From: an uncultured Gammaproteobacteria bacterium
Lineage (GTDB): Bacteria > Patescibacteriota > Microgenomatia > Levybacterales > GWA1-39-11
DNA: 64,000 nucleotides
Reading direction: 5' to 3'
Assembly (NCBI GenBank): GCA_964448725.1
Contig: CAYVAJ010000001.1
Location: forward strand, 135,525 to 199,524
Part shown: positions 9,630-18,692 of the stretch, piece by piece
How positions within the stretch are numbered: the stretch's first letter is position 1
How the letters are laid out: each line of letters opens with the position of its first letter
The notes under the pieces: model-generated
The model's input: the letters and a program-made list of their open reading frames with translations, nothing else
The model's database searches: none
Told to the model about the DNA's origin: nothing
Position numbers and translations under genes: made by a program

Positions 9630-9745
9630 CACGTCAAACGTGGCTGTCGTGTTTGACGCGATGCCATAAGACAGGATGAGAAGCCCGCCTCGATGTTCAT
9701 CGGCAGTCCCCTTGGGGGAAATCCTGTCTCCTCCGCACGTCAAAC
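9614..9745 (+). repeat. 26-bp direct repeat of the tRNA-Ser 3' end flanking an 80-bp structured spacer
   Basis: AATCCTGTCTCCTCCGCACGTCAAAC at 9614-9639 and 9720-9745. Confidence 0.9.
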
Positions 9746-9801
9746 AATACACCTTATTAACTCACTCTTATCATATATCGAAACAGTTATATAATAACAA
9801 C

Positions 9802-10485
9802 ATGACTGCTTTTCAAATAAAGCTGATTGCGATTATTACTATGACCATTGACCATGTGGGACTCTTTTTCTTCCCAGACGTAGAGGTATTGAGAATAATT
9901 GGGAGACTCTCATTTCCTCTCTTTGCTTGGCTTATTGCAAACGGTGCATATCATACAAAGAATATCAAGTCTTATATGCTACGGCTTTTTGTCTTTGCAT
10001 TTATTTCTCAAGTTCCATTTTGGCTTGCCTTTCACCTGATTTTTCCTGTAGACCTTGGATTAAATATTTTCTTCACTTTATTTCTCGGACTTGTTGCAAT
10101 TTATGGGAAACAAAAAATAAAAAACAATGTAGGGTGGATGTTATTAGTAATGCTCTGTTCTTTTACCGCGTTAATACTAAATACTGATTATGGCGCAGCA
10201 GGGGTATTGTCTATTGTAGGTTTTTATGTATTCTTTAATAATTTACCAAAATTGGTTGTCTTTCAAATGCTCCTATTTTTTCTGTTTTTTACTGTTCCTG
10301 CAATTTTATTGTATACGGAGACACTGCAATTGAATATCGTAGGTTTGTTACAGCCTATTGCCGTCACATCGTTATTTTTTATCGCAAAATATAATAAAAA
10401 AGAAGGACTAAAAGCAAAATATCTTTTTTACTTTTTTTATCCGCTTCATTTACTTGCTATTTATCTCATCTTTGTCTGGATATGA
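9802..10485 (+). CDS. traX: TraX-family membrane protein (putative acyltransferase)
   Basis: 'KLIAIITMTIDHVG...IIGRLSFPLFA...HTKN..SYMLRL..FA.ISQVP...NIFFTL...DYG...FYFFYPLHL'; start moved to ATG 9802, with TATAAT 6 nt upstream. Confidence 0.8.
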   Translation: MTAFQIKLIAIITMTIDHVGLFFFPDVEVLRIIGRLSFPLFAWLIANGAYHTKNIKSYMLRLFVFAFISQVPFWLAFHLIFPVDLGLNIFFTLFLGLVAIYGKQKIKNNVGWMLLVMLCSFTALILNTDYGAAGVLSIVGFYVFFNNLPKLVVFQMLLFFLFFTVPAILLYTETLQLNIVGLLQPIAVTSLFFIAKYNKKEGLKAKYLFYFFYPLHLLAIYLIFVWI

Positions 10486-10488
10486 TAG

Positions 10489-10902
10489 TTATGTACTGGT
10501 ATCATTAGGTGTACTAGATGCAGGGTTTTCCTGTTCACCTTTTTTATATCTGAAATACCCATATCCGATTGCCGCAAGAAGAATCACTTCAACTGCAAAA
10601 TCAAGAAAATAGACCCAGTGGATTTGTGCACGGTAGATAATCTCGATAACCATAAATGCCAATGGTGAACCCGCAGCAAGGAAAAGAATGCTCCGTGTCT
10701 TTTCTTGACGAATAGATAATAACAAAGCTATTCCTATGACAATGATAAGCGCTGACACCATATGAAGTAAGAAGATATTGTTCTTTGGACCAGTTACAGC
10801 TTCAAAACTACTCAAATGCATAAAAGGCCAGATTCCTGTTAAGACATAATAACTTCCTTGTATTCCAAGTACCCAATCAAGGAGAGAAAAAGCTTTCTTC
10901 AT
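10489..10902 (-). CDS. Hypothetical 4-TM membrane protein
   Basis: 137-aa ORF with motif 'QGSYYVLTGIWP..H..SFEAVTGPK'. Confidence 0.7.
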   Translation of the reverse strand: MKKAFSLLDWVLGIQGSYYVLTGIWPFMHLSSFEAVTGPKNNIFLLHMVSALIIVIGIALLLSIRQEKTRSILFLAAGSPLAFMVIEIIYRAQIHWVYFLDFAVEVILLAAIGYGYFRYKKGEQENPASSTPNDTST

Positions 10903-10991
10903 AAAATTACTTTACTGTTGCAAGATATGAAAAATGTGAAAAAAGTTGTGTGATAGTGTTAGAAAACAAGAGCTGCTTCTGATTTAAAAGA

Positions 10992-11020
10992 TTGACTGGA
11001 ATTGCGTGATAGCGTACAAT
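10992..11020 (+). promoter_or_regulatory. Sigma70-type promoter of tRNA-Ser(UGA)
   Basis: TTGACT (10992-10997), 17 bp, TACAAT (11015-11020). Confidence 0.7.
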
Positions 11021-11034
11021 AAGTTCCACTATAA

Positions 11035-11121
11035 GGAGAGTTGGCCGAGCGGTTTATGGCGCTAGTCTTGAAAACTAGTGGGAGCAATCCCTCACAGGTT
11101 CGAATCCTGTACTCTCCGCCA
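11035..11121 (+). tRNA. tRNA-Ser, anticodon UGA
   Basis: Acceptor GGAGAGT/ACTCTCC, anticodon stem CTAGT/ACTAG with loop CTTGAAA, variable arm, T-arm ACAGG-TTCGAAT-CCTGT, G discriminator plus encoded CCA. Confidence 0.95.
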
Positions 11122-11205
11122 CGTTTGAATTCTTATGCCTTAGGCATCTTGACTTTCCTCCTTTCAAAGTTTTTTCCTTCTCAGCACCCATGATATACTC
11201 GGTGT

Positions 11206-12114
11206 ATGTCTAAGTTAAAGACCGTAATTGATGAAAAAGAAGTAATTTCGTTTTTGCAAAATAATTTTGATAAGAATGTTAACTCAGTAAATTTTATAAC
11301 AGGAGGCGAAATGTCTCAGGCTTTTTCATTTTATACTGATAAAAATTATGTTATTCGTATTAATTCAAAGCAAGAAAGTTTTAATAAAGACAGATATGCT
11401 TTTGATCACTTCGCAAGTTACGAGCTTCCTATACCTCAGATATTTAAGATAGACCGATTTAATGAAAAATATTATTTTGCAATATCAGAGTTAGCAAAAG
11501 GAAAAAATTTAGACACATATAGTATAGATGATCAATACAAACTTCTTCCTCAGCTCATATCAATACTCGACACCATTCATAGTGTCCAGATTGATGATAC
11601 TAAGAAGTTTGGCTATTGGAATGAGAAGGGGGAGGCATTATTTGAAAGCTGGAAAGATTATATACTCAATAAGAAAGATGATGTTTATTCAAACTGGGAG
11701 AAGTTATATGAGGAGACATCTTTAGAAAAAGAAATTGTGAATCAAATCACAGAAAAAATAAATAAGCTTTGTGAGTTTTTACCTGAAGAAAGATATTTGG
11801 TACATGGGGATTATGGTAGTAATAATGTTACTGCAGATGGAGAGAAAATAACAGGTATTCTTGATTGGGGAGAATCTTTATATGGCGACTTCCTTTATGA
11901 TGTTGCATGGCTTCAATTCTGGTCATCTGGTATTTCTTATAGCGTGATTTTTAAGGATCATTATGAAAAGACCAACAAGAATTGTGATTATTATCATGAA
12001 AGATTACTTTGTTATCAACTCCACTTGGGATTAGGTGCTTTGGGGTTTTTTGCATTATCAGATCAAAAGAGTTCATATATATGGACTAAAGAGAAGATAC
12101 TTTCTTTAATGTAG
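11206..12114 (+). CDS. Aminoglycoside phosphotransferase family protein, APH(4)-Ia (hygromycin B kinase)-like
   Basis: 'GGEMSQAFSF', 'YVIRINS', 'FNKDRY', 'LPIPQI', Brenner motif 'LVHGDYGSNNV', 'ITGILDWGESLYGD'. Confidence 0.85.
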   Translation: MSKLKTVIDEKEVISFLQNNFDKNVNSVNFITGGEMSQAFSFYTDKNYVIRINSKQESFNKDRYAFDHFASYELPIPQIFKIDRFNEKYYFAISELAKGKNLDTYSIDDQYKLLPQLISILDTIHSVQIDDTKKFGYWNEKGEALFESWKDYILNKKDDVYSNWEKLYEETSLEKEIVNQITEKINKLCEFLPEERYLVHGDYGSNNVTADGEKITGILDWGESLYGDFLYDVAWLQFWSSGISYSVIFKDHYEKTNKNCDYYHERLLCYQLHLGLGALGFFALSDQKSSYIWTKEKILSLM

Positions 12115-12151
12115 TAACTAAATTTAGGTAAAAACTAATAATATCTACTCA

Positions 12152-13228
12152 TTACTTCTTTTTTAATCCAGGAAGAGAGCCTTTTGTTGGTACTTGTTGT
12201 AGTTCCACAAATTTGCTGTATAGAAAGAACAAAATTCCGATTGCTAGGTATATCTCCATCAGTTCTTCCCATTGGTCAAACATGGCATCACCAAATCTTC
12301 CACGTAAGTACGCATATACAATTATGGGAATGAAAAAGCCAATTAATCTCCATGAAGGACTGAAATATCCTATTACTGTAGTTACAAGACGGGGAAATCG
12401 AGCCTTGTGCATTCCTTTAACTATAGCCCAGGCAGAAGCTGCATAAAAACCAAGTAATGCATAAGCCAAATATACATATTGAAATACTGATTTTTGGTTA
12501 TGAATATTAAATTCAAACTGAGTATTATTTTTAGCAATTGCATCAGGTGTTTCAAATCCGATAATTCGCTGTCCCCACGATATTTCTTCTCCAGCAATCA
12601 CAAAAGAAGCAACCATAATACCAGCAAAAATGATGAGATAAAATCGTTTCCATGAAGACGGAAGTTTGGGCATTTTTTGAATGAGACGTACACAGCGATA
12701 AGAAACAACACCTGCTAATATATATACTCCAAATGTTAGATACTCAGTAAGAGAATCTTCTTTTTCTATATACCAAAAAACATCTGGTAAATTCCATTTA
12801 AAGTACACAGCTAAAGATAAGACCCAGAATGGAATTACGAATAGCAACCAATTCTTATATTTTTTTAAAAAAGCCAAATCAAAAATCAGTAAGGAAATAG
12901 CTGAAAGATAAAGTGCGATTGGCTCAAGAAGTGGCGGGTGAATATGAAAAGTACTAAAGAAGAAATTAGCATGGACTATTGGGTGGATGATCTGGATACC
13001 TGCACAGGTGGCTACAATTATGGGAAATATAATCAAAATTACTTACTGTAATTTTTCAGGGAAAGATTTACGTAAGATGAAGCGGTAGACAAAAAGAGCA
13101 ATCAGACTTGGAAGAAATACAAAATCTGTTGAGATTTTAAAATGATTAGCGATAAATCCTGAATACGTAAAGAGTTCTAAAAAATAGATGCCTACGGTAA
13201 AAAGAACAAGAGCCAAAACAAAGTACAT
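12152..13228 (-). pseudogene. Polytopic membrane protein gene interrupted by an in-frame TAA (13043-13045)
   Basis: ORFs 13043..13228 and 12152..13036 share a frame and read ...PEKLQ*VILIIFP...; C-terminal part has 'EEISWGQRIIG..TP...N.Q.EFNIHN'. Confidence 0.65.
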
Positions 13229-13366
13229 ATCTACACCATACTATCGGAAAACAAGAAAATGCGCAATAGGACTCAGAACTTATAAGATATGACTATTATT
13301 TCCTTGCTCTCTTCTTACAAAACTATCGTATCTCTCTCACTATAAGCCAGTATAGTATGCTCAAAG

Positions 13367-14443
13367 ATGAAGATTGCACAGATTGCTCCTTTGAGTGAAC
13401 GTGTACCACCTCCAAAATATGGAGGAACGGAACGCATAGTCTATGAACTCACCGAAGGATTGGTAAAAAAGGGGCATGATGTTACATTATTTGCCAGTGG
13501 AAATTCCAAGACTTCAGGCCGCTTATACTCTCTCATCCCAAAATCTCTTAGAGAACTAAATGTTAAAAATCCATATGGATTAAGTGAGTGGAATATGCTT
13601 AATGTCGGCGTGGCGTATGCACATCAGAGTGAGTTTGATATTATCCATGATCATAACTACGTAATTAGTATGCCTGTTGCTAATCTTTCAAGAACTCCAG
13701 TGGTTCACACAGTACATGGTAGTTTTCATGAAGATAATATTTCATTATATTCTGTCTTGAACAATGTTAATTTGGTGACTATATCAAAAGCACAGCAAAA
13801 GAATGGCCGTGGTTTAAATATACTGGACACTGTGTATAACGGGCTTTCAATGGACCATTATCCTTTTAGTAGAGATCATGATGGGTATTTGTTAGTTATT
13901 GCTCGTATGTCGCGAGAAAAAGGTATTCATTATGCAATAGATGTCGCAGAGGCACTTAATTTACCCTTGATTATTGGTGGCAGGATTTCAGCTAATGAAC
14001 AAGAGTATTTTACTCAGATGATAAAGCCACGGCTTTCAAGGAAGGTAAAATGGGTTGGAGAAGTTGGTGAACGAGAGCGGAATATCTTGATGAGCAAAGC
14101 ATTGTGTATGCTGCATCCTATTACATGGCCTGAACCATTCGGGCTAACGATGATTGAGGCTATGGCTTGCGGGTGTCCAGTAGTCGCCTTCAAGCAAGGG
14201 TCAATATCAGAGGTTATCGATGACGGAAGAACAGGATTTGTTGTAGAGACTGTTGATGAGATGAAGCGTGCAGTACAGAATATTGGACAAATCAGACGGA
14301 CTGCCTGCCGGGCATATGCGCTCGATGAATTTAATGCAGAAAAAATGATCATTGCTTATGAATCTATTTATGAGAAGGTACTTGGTATGGCAAAAAAAAA
14401 GAGCACTATTACTCGTCCTTCTCCAAAAATAAGAAAGTCATAA
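13367..14443 (+). CDS. Glycosyltransferase family 4
   Basis: 'MKIAQIAPL..RVPPPKYGGTERIV', 'GHDVTLFASG', 'WPEPFGLTMIEAMACGCPV'. Confidence 0.92.
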   Translation: MKIAQIAPLSERVPPPKYGGTERIVYELTEGLVKKGHDVTLFASGNSKTSGRLYSLIPKSLRELNVKNPYGLSEWNMLNVGVAYAHQSEFDIIHDHNYVISMPVANLSRTPVVHTVHGSFHEDNISLYSVLNNVNLVTISKAQQKNGRGLNILDTVYNGLSMDHYPFSRDHDGYLLVIARMSREKGIHYAIDVAEALNLPLIIGGRISANEQEYFTQMIKPRLSRKVKWVGEVGERERNILMSKALCMLHPITWPEPFGLTMIEAMACGCPVVAFKQGSISEVIDDGRTGFVVETVDEMKRAVQNIGQIRRTACRAYALDEFNAEKMIIAYESIYEKVLGMAKKKSTITRPSPKIRKS

Positions 14444-14498
14444 TTAAATGTGAGTGCTTGCTTGCCTAAAAGAAAAAAAAGTTGATATAGTGTTTCTC

Positions 14499-15809
14499 AT
14501 GCCCGAGAATTTATTAGGAAATACAATACAGAATTTATCCCGTAACTTAGTTGAACTTTCTACGGATATTGGATTTAATGCGTCTGGGAGAGATGAGGTG
14601 TATGGATGTCTCTTTGGTAGGGATAGTGCACTGACTATTCTTCATATTTTGCAATCACTCAATAGTAAGTCTTCCCAGCATGGATTCAATCACGATGAAT
14701 TGCTTGCTATTTGTAAACGCACCTTGCTGACATTAGTAGAATTACAAGGTCAAACAGTAAATCTTGAGAGTGGAGAGGAGCCTGGAAAATTCATACATGA
14801 ATACCGGACTGAAAAATATGAGCGGTTGTTGCAACTACCTAAACCTTGGTATGTGTACCCTGATGGAGTATTAAGAAATTATGATTCTATTGACTCTACT
14901 CCCCTTGTGCTTATAGCACTTCACCGATATTATCATGTCACTGGCGATGATGAATTTTTATTAAAAGTTCTACCCGCTGTTGAGCGCGGCTTGAACTGGA
15001 TTGTCTCTTATGGAGACAAAGACAAGGACTCCTTACTCGAATATGAACTTCCTCATGATCGTATAAGTGGTGGGTTGCAAGTACAGTCCTGGACAGATTC
15101 GATCGAATCGATGCTTAGACCCGATGGAACAATGCCTCCATATCCTATTGCACCTGTTGAAGTACAAGGTTATGCTTGGCTTGCATTGCAATCCTGGTCA
15201 CGATGGTATCTTGATCAACCTTCACCATCTCATCACCAGTTCGGACATCAATTATTAGCCGATGCACAAAGACTCAAGGCTCGATTTAATGAAGTTTTTC
15301 TTATAGAAAACAATGAATTATTCTTTCCAGTGCAAGCATTGGATGGTGAAAAAAACAAAATAGACACCATTACTGGCAATTCTCTTATTTTGCTCTGGGC
15401 AACCGATCCTGAAAGTAAAGAGTGTATATTATTTGATGAATATGTCGATCCTCTGGTGAAACGTTCGTTTCAACACGACTTGTTTGATCAGGATGCAGGA
15501 ATTCGGACTATGAGCACGTTATCGTTAACATATAATCCGGGACATGACTCATATCATAATGGTAGCTTTTGGCCAATACTGAATGGGCTTGCTTATGAAG
15601 GGTTACGAAAGTGGGGATATGCACACGAAGCACAGCAGTTAAAGCATGCGTCATTAAAACCCTATCATTATTTCCAAGTTCCGATCGAGTTGTATATTAA
15701 GAAAGAAGACGGAAGCTATGGAGAGTTCTGTGGAGAGGACGGACAGCAAAGCTGCAAAATACAAGCATGGTCAGCTGCAGCATTTTTACATATGCTTGTG
15801 TCTTCATAG
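14499..15809 (+). CDS. Amylo-alpha-1,6-glucosidase (GDE_C)-like (alpha/alpha)6 glycoside hydrolase
   Basis: 'LFGRDS', 'EEPGKFIHEYR', 'YDSIDSTPL', 'QSWTDS', 'SYHNGSFWP', 'QAWSAAA'; start ATG 14499 follows TTGCCT-18-TATAGT. Confidence 0.85.
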   Translation: MPENLLGNTIQNLSRNLVELSTDIGFNASGRDEVYGCLFGRDSALTILHILQSLNSKSSQHGFNHDELLAICKRTLLTLVELQGQTVNLESGEEPGKFIHEYRTEKYERLLQLPKPWYVYPDGVLRNYDSIDSTPLVLIALHRYYHVTGDDEFLLKVLPAVERGLNWIVSYGDKDKDSLLEYELPHDRISGGLQVQSWTDSIESMLRPDGTMPPYPIAPVEVQGYAWLALQSWSRWYLDQPSPSHHQFGHQLLADAQRLKARFNEVFLIENNELFFPVQALDGEKNKIDTITGNSLILLWATDPESKECILFDEYVDPLVKRSFQHDLFDQDAGIRTMSTLSLTYNPGHDSYHNGSFWPILNGLAYEGLRKWGYAHEAQQLKHASLKPYHYFQVPIELYIKKEDGSYGEFCGEDGQQSCKIQAWSAAAFLHMLVSS

Positions 15810-15884
15810 ATATACCGTAAAGGTAACTTCACTTTTCTTGTTAGGATATTTTTCTTACCAATCAAATTCTGATACACTCATACT

Positions 15885-16745
15885 ATGGCGCAAAATGATG
15901 TAATTTATGTTGTTAAGAAAAATGGTGAACGTGAACCATTTTCTGAGGAGAAAGTTATTCGTGCAATGAAGCGGATAGGTCTTGATGAATCACGTCAATC
16001 AGAGATACTGGCAGATGTAAAATCACGGTTGCATCAGGACATAGAAACAGTAGAGATATATTCACATATCCGTGAGTATCTGGAAAAGAATGATAAAAAA
16101 GCATCAATAAAATATAATCTTAAGCAGGCAATTTTTGATCTAGGACCAACAGGTTTTCCTTTTGAACGATACATTCAACGGATTTTTGATGGATTGGGGT
16201 ATAGCACAAAAGTTGGGGAGATTATGCAAGGTGCATGTGTAACTCATGAGATTGATTTGCAAATTGAAAAAGATGGAAAAAGAGAGATTATGGAGGCAAA
16301 ATTTCATAATCAACAAGGGGTAAAGACTGATGTACAAGTTCTTCTCTACACTTACGCACGGTTCTTGGATGTCCAAGAAGCAAACCCAGTTGAAGGTGTA
16401 TGGATTGTTACTAATACAAAATTGACGCTTGATGCAAGTAATTATGCTCAATGTAAAGGAGTCAAAGTAATAGGATGGAACTATCCAGAACACAATAATT
16501 TGCAAGATTATGTAGAAAAGCCAGAGATGTATCCGATTACAATTCTCAAATCACTCTCAAAGCAGGAAAAAGAAAGTTTGCTTGCTGGTAATATTATTCT
16601 TTGTAGTGATCTGCTGAACGCTTCAGATCATGAATTACAGGACACTTATTTTTTGAGTCAGGAAACAATTGCGAATGCAAAAGAACAAGCACAGGCAATC
16701 TCAGGTAACTCCACTACTTCTTCATTTCCACAGAATAGAGAATAA
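15885..16745 (+). CDS. ATP-cone domain fused to a PD-(D/E)xK (Mrr-like) restriction endonuclease domain
   Basis: 'VVKKNGEREPFSEEKV' (ATP-cone); 'GFPFERYI', 'HEIDL', 'EAKFH', 'WIVTNTKLT.DA'. Confidence 0.8.
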   Translation: MAQNDVIYVVKKNGEREPFSEEKVIRAMKRIGLDESRQSEILADVKSRLHQDIETVEIYSHIREYLEKNDKKASIKYNLKQAIFDLGPTGFPFERYIQRIFDGLGYSTKVGEIMQGACVTHEIDLQIEKDGKREIMEAKFHNQQGVKTDVQVLLYTYARFLDVQEANPVEGVWIVTNTKLTLDASNYAQCKGVKVIGWNYPEHNNLQDYVEKPEMYPITILKSLSKQEKESLLAGNIILCSDLLNASDHELQDTYFLSQETIANAKEQAQAISGNSTTSSFPQNRE

Positions 16746-16784
16746 TAGTTGCGATATATTCAGTACTCATAGTACAGTTATACC

Positions 16785-17333
16785 ATGATTATCATAAGTA
16801 TTCTCTTGGTTATTATCGTTATACTTCTGGTTATTTTGTCATTTGTTTGGCCACCTGATAGTCCTTGGGCACCGCAATGGAGAACCTCGCGTAATGTGGC
16901 ACGAGATCTTCTTAAATTTGCCGATATTAAAGAAGAAGATGTTGTATATGAACTGGGAAGTGGGGATGGAGAAGTGATTTTAAGTGCTGTTAAAGATTTT
17001 GGCGCAAGGTCAGTTGGCATTGAGATAGATCCGATTCGAGCATTTATATCAATCTGTCGTGTTAAGGCTAAGAGATTATCTTCGAGTGTCACAGTAATAC
17101 GAAAAGATTTTAAAAGTGTTGATTTGTCACCAGCAACCATTGTGTATATGTATTTAGTCCCAGCAGGAATGAAACGATTACTACCTAAACTAAAAAATGA
17201 ACTTGCCTCTGGTACTCGAATAGTGAGTTATCGCTATAAAATCCCTTTAGAAAAAGATGAAAAACAAATCCTGTTGGTCAAGAAAGATATGAAAAATAAA
17301 ATATATTTATATGTATTAAAAACAATGAAATAG
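16785..17333 (+). CDS. Class I SAM-dependent methyltransferase with N-terminal TM
   Basis: 'VVYELGSGDGEV', 'VGIEIDP', 'ATIVYMYL', 'GTRIVSY'. Confidence 0.85.
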   Translation: MIIISILLVIIVILLVILSFVWPPDSPWAPQWRTSRNVARDLLKFADIKEEDVVYELGSGDGEVILSAVKDFGARSVGIEIDPIRAFISICRVKAKRLSSSVTVIRKDFKSVDLSPATIVYMYLVPAGMKRLLPKLKNELASGTRIVSYRYKIPLEKDEKQILLVKKDMKNKIYLYVLKTMK

Positions 17334-18692
17334 ATTAAGTTGATTTCCAATTCCCTCAGCATTGACTGCAATACTCTTCTTTAAATTGCATTCTTTTAAT
17401 ACTCTTTCTTTCACAATAATCTCGTCAATAATTGGTTCATGGATATTGAACTGTGGGTAATAAGCTCCGTGGGATACAATCATAGAATTTTTATTAATTG
17501 CATCAGTAGTAAGTTTTTTTGCATCAAGAATCCCCTTGCGATACAAGTTAGTATTAGTGTCTGTAATATTATTGAGTAATGAGGTATTTGTTTTAAATGC
17601 AAGAAGCGGAGTAATGTCATTAGGCCCATACAGGTATGTTGGTTTTGCAGATGTTATTTCTTGAACTAATGGCTGTATATCGACTTTTTGTAACAAATGA
17701 AAATTTCCTGAAAAATACATACCAAGATTAATTCCTGCAATTACACACGCAATTGTAGGTAACACGAGTCTCTGTAGTGAGAAAACAGTCTGTATTTTTT
17801 CTGCATAAATACTAATAGAAACGACTGTTATGGGAAGCAGAAAATTGAGATATAGAAAATAAATATCCTGATAAAATGCAATAAATACGATCGAGAATAG
17901 AGAAAAAAGTGCAAAAAATAGATGCTTTTTATACATAAAAAGGTTAATAATGAATACTACAAAAATGACTAAATCGTGTAGTGCAAAGAACTGAATTACT
18001 GCAAATTTTTCTATTCCAGCTCCTCTGGTTAAAGAGTATCCGACAATATCTGCAAATAATTCATTTGAGGCTAAAATAAGAAATGGTAAGAGCACAACAA
18101 TGCCTGTACTGCCTGCACCGAGAATGAATTTAATGAGAGTATTCCACTGACGAGTGAGCATATAATATGCAAAATAGGCTGCTGCTAATGGTAAAAAATA
18201 AGCTTTAGTGAGTATAGTACAGGCAGTAAGAACTCCTATCAGGAAGCCTCTTTTTTTTAGAAAAAAAAGATACGAAAGAATGGTAAATAATGATGCAAGA
18301 AATACTCCGGATTGGTGATCTGTTGTTGCAAGCAGCATAAATGAGAATAAATACAGTATTTGTCCTGAAAATGCTATAACACGCTTTTTTGTCATCATAT
18401 AGATTGCTGCATAAATAAGAAAAGAGGTAATGCTGGATTCTATTGCTGATGAAAAATAAAAAGCCTCGATATTATTACCTGTCAACAAAAGATACAGAGA
18501 TGAGATATATGGAAAAAGAGGAAAATTGGTGAAAAAGATATCACGATATAAAAGGTCACCAGTAAGGATTTTCCAGGCAGTATAGAAATATACATTGGTA
18601 TCTGATAGACGAATACTCAGTGTAGAAAGTTTTATGAATAAAAAAATTGCCGTTGGGATAAGAGCAACTGCATGGAGATTAAAAATTTTCAT
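17316..18692 (-). CDS. GT-C-like polytopic membrane glycosyltransferase
   Basis: 'SDTNVYFY.A..I..G.LLYRDIFFTNFPLFPY' in the first loop; about 11 TM. Confidence 0.65.
   Translation of the reverse strand: MKIFNLHAVALIPTAIFLFIKLSTLSIRLSDTNVYFYTAWKILTGDLLYRDIFFTNFPLFPYISSLYLLLTGNNIEAFYFSSAIESSITSFLIYAAIYMMTKKRVIAFSGQILYLFSFMLLATTDHQSGVFLASLFTILSYLFFLKKRGFLIGVLTACTILTKAYFLPLAAAYFAYYMLTRQWNTLIKFILGAGSTGIVVLLPFLILASNELFADIVGYSLTRGAGIEKFAVIQFFALHDLVIFVVFIINLFMYKKHLFFALFSLFSIVFIAFYQDIYFLYLNFLLPITVVSISIYAEKIQTVFSLQRLVLPTIACVIAGINLGMYFSGNFHLLQKVDIQPLVQEITSAKPTYLYGPNDITPLLAFKTNTSLLNNITDTNTNLYRKGILDAKKLTTDAINKNSMIVSHGAYYPQFNIHEPIIDEIIVKERVLKECNLKKSIAVNAEGIGNQLNLFHCF

Noticed and set aside
9473-9801. ORF 9473..9700(-) and the 42-aa N-terminal extension of the TraX ORF
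   Set aside because: They overlap tRNA-Ser and its duplicated 3' end; TraX motifs and a -10 box point to ATG 9802.
9614-12114. Prophage or genomic island at the tRNAs
   Set aside because: No integrase, phage or transposase genes; the only att-like repeat encloses just 80 bp.
14391-14480. Poly-A tracts as phase-variation sites
   Set aside because: Runs of 8-9 A are common in AT-rich DNA and no frame disruption is evident.
13367-15809. GT4 plus glucosidase pair as a novel system
   Set aside because: A common pairing in many bacteria; nothing unusual beyond the short hydrolase.
16785-17333. Methyltransferase as the modification partner of the adjacent nuclease
   Set aside because: It has an N-terminal TM and no DPPY/NPPY or PC motif, so it looks like a protein or small-molecule methyltransferase.
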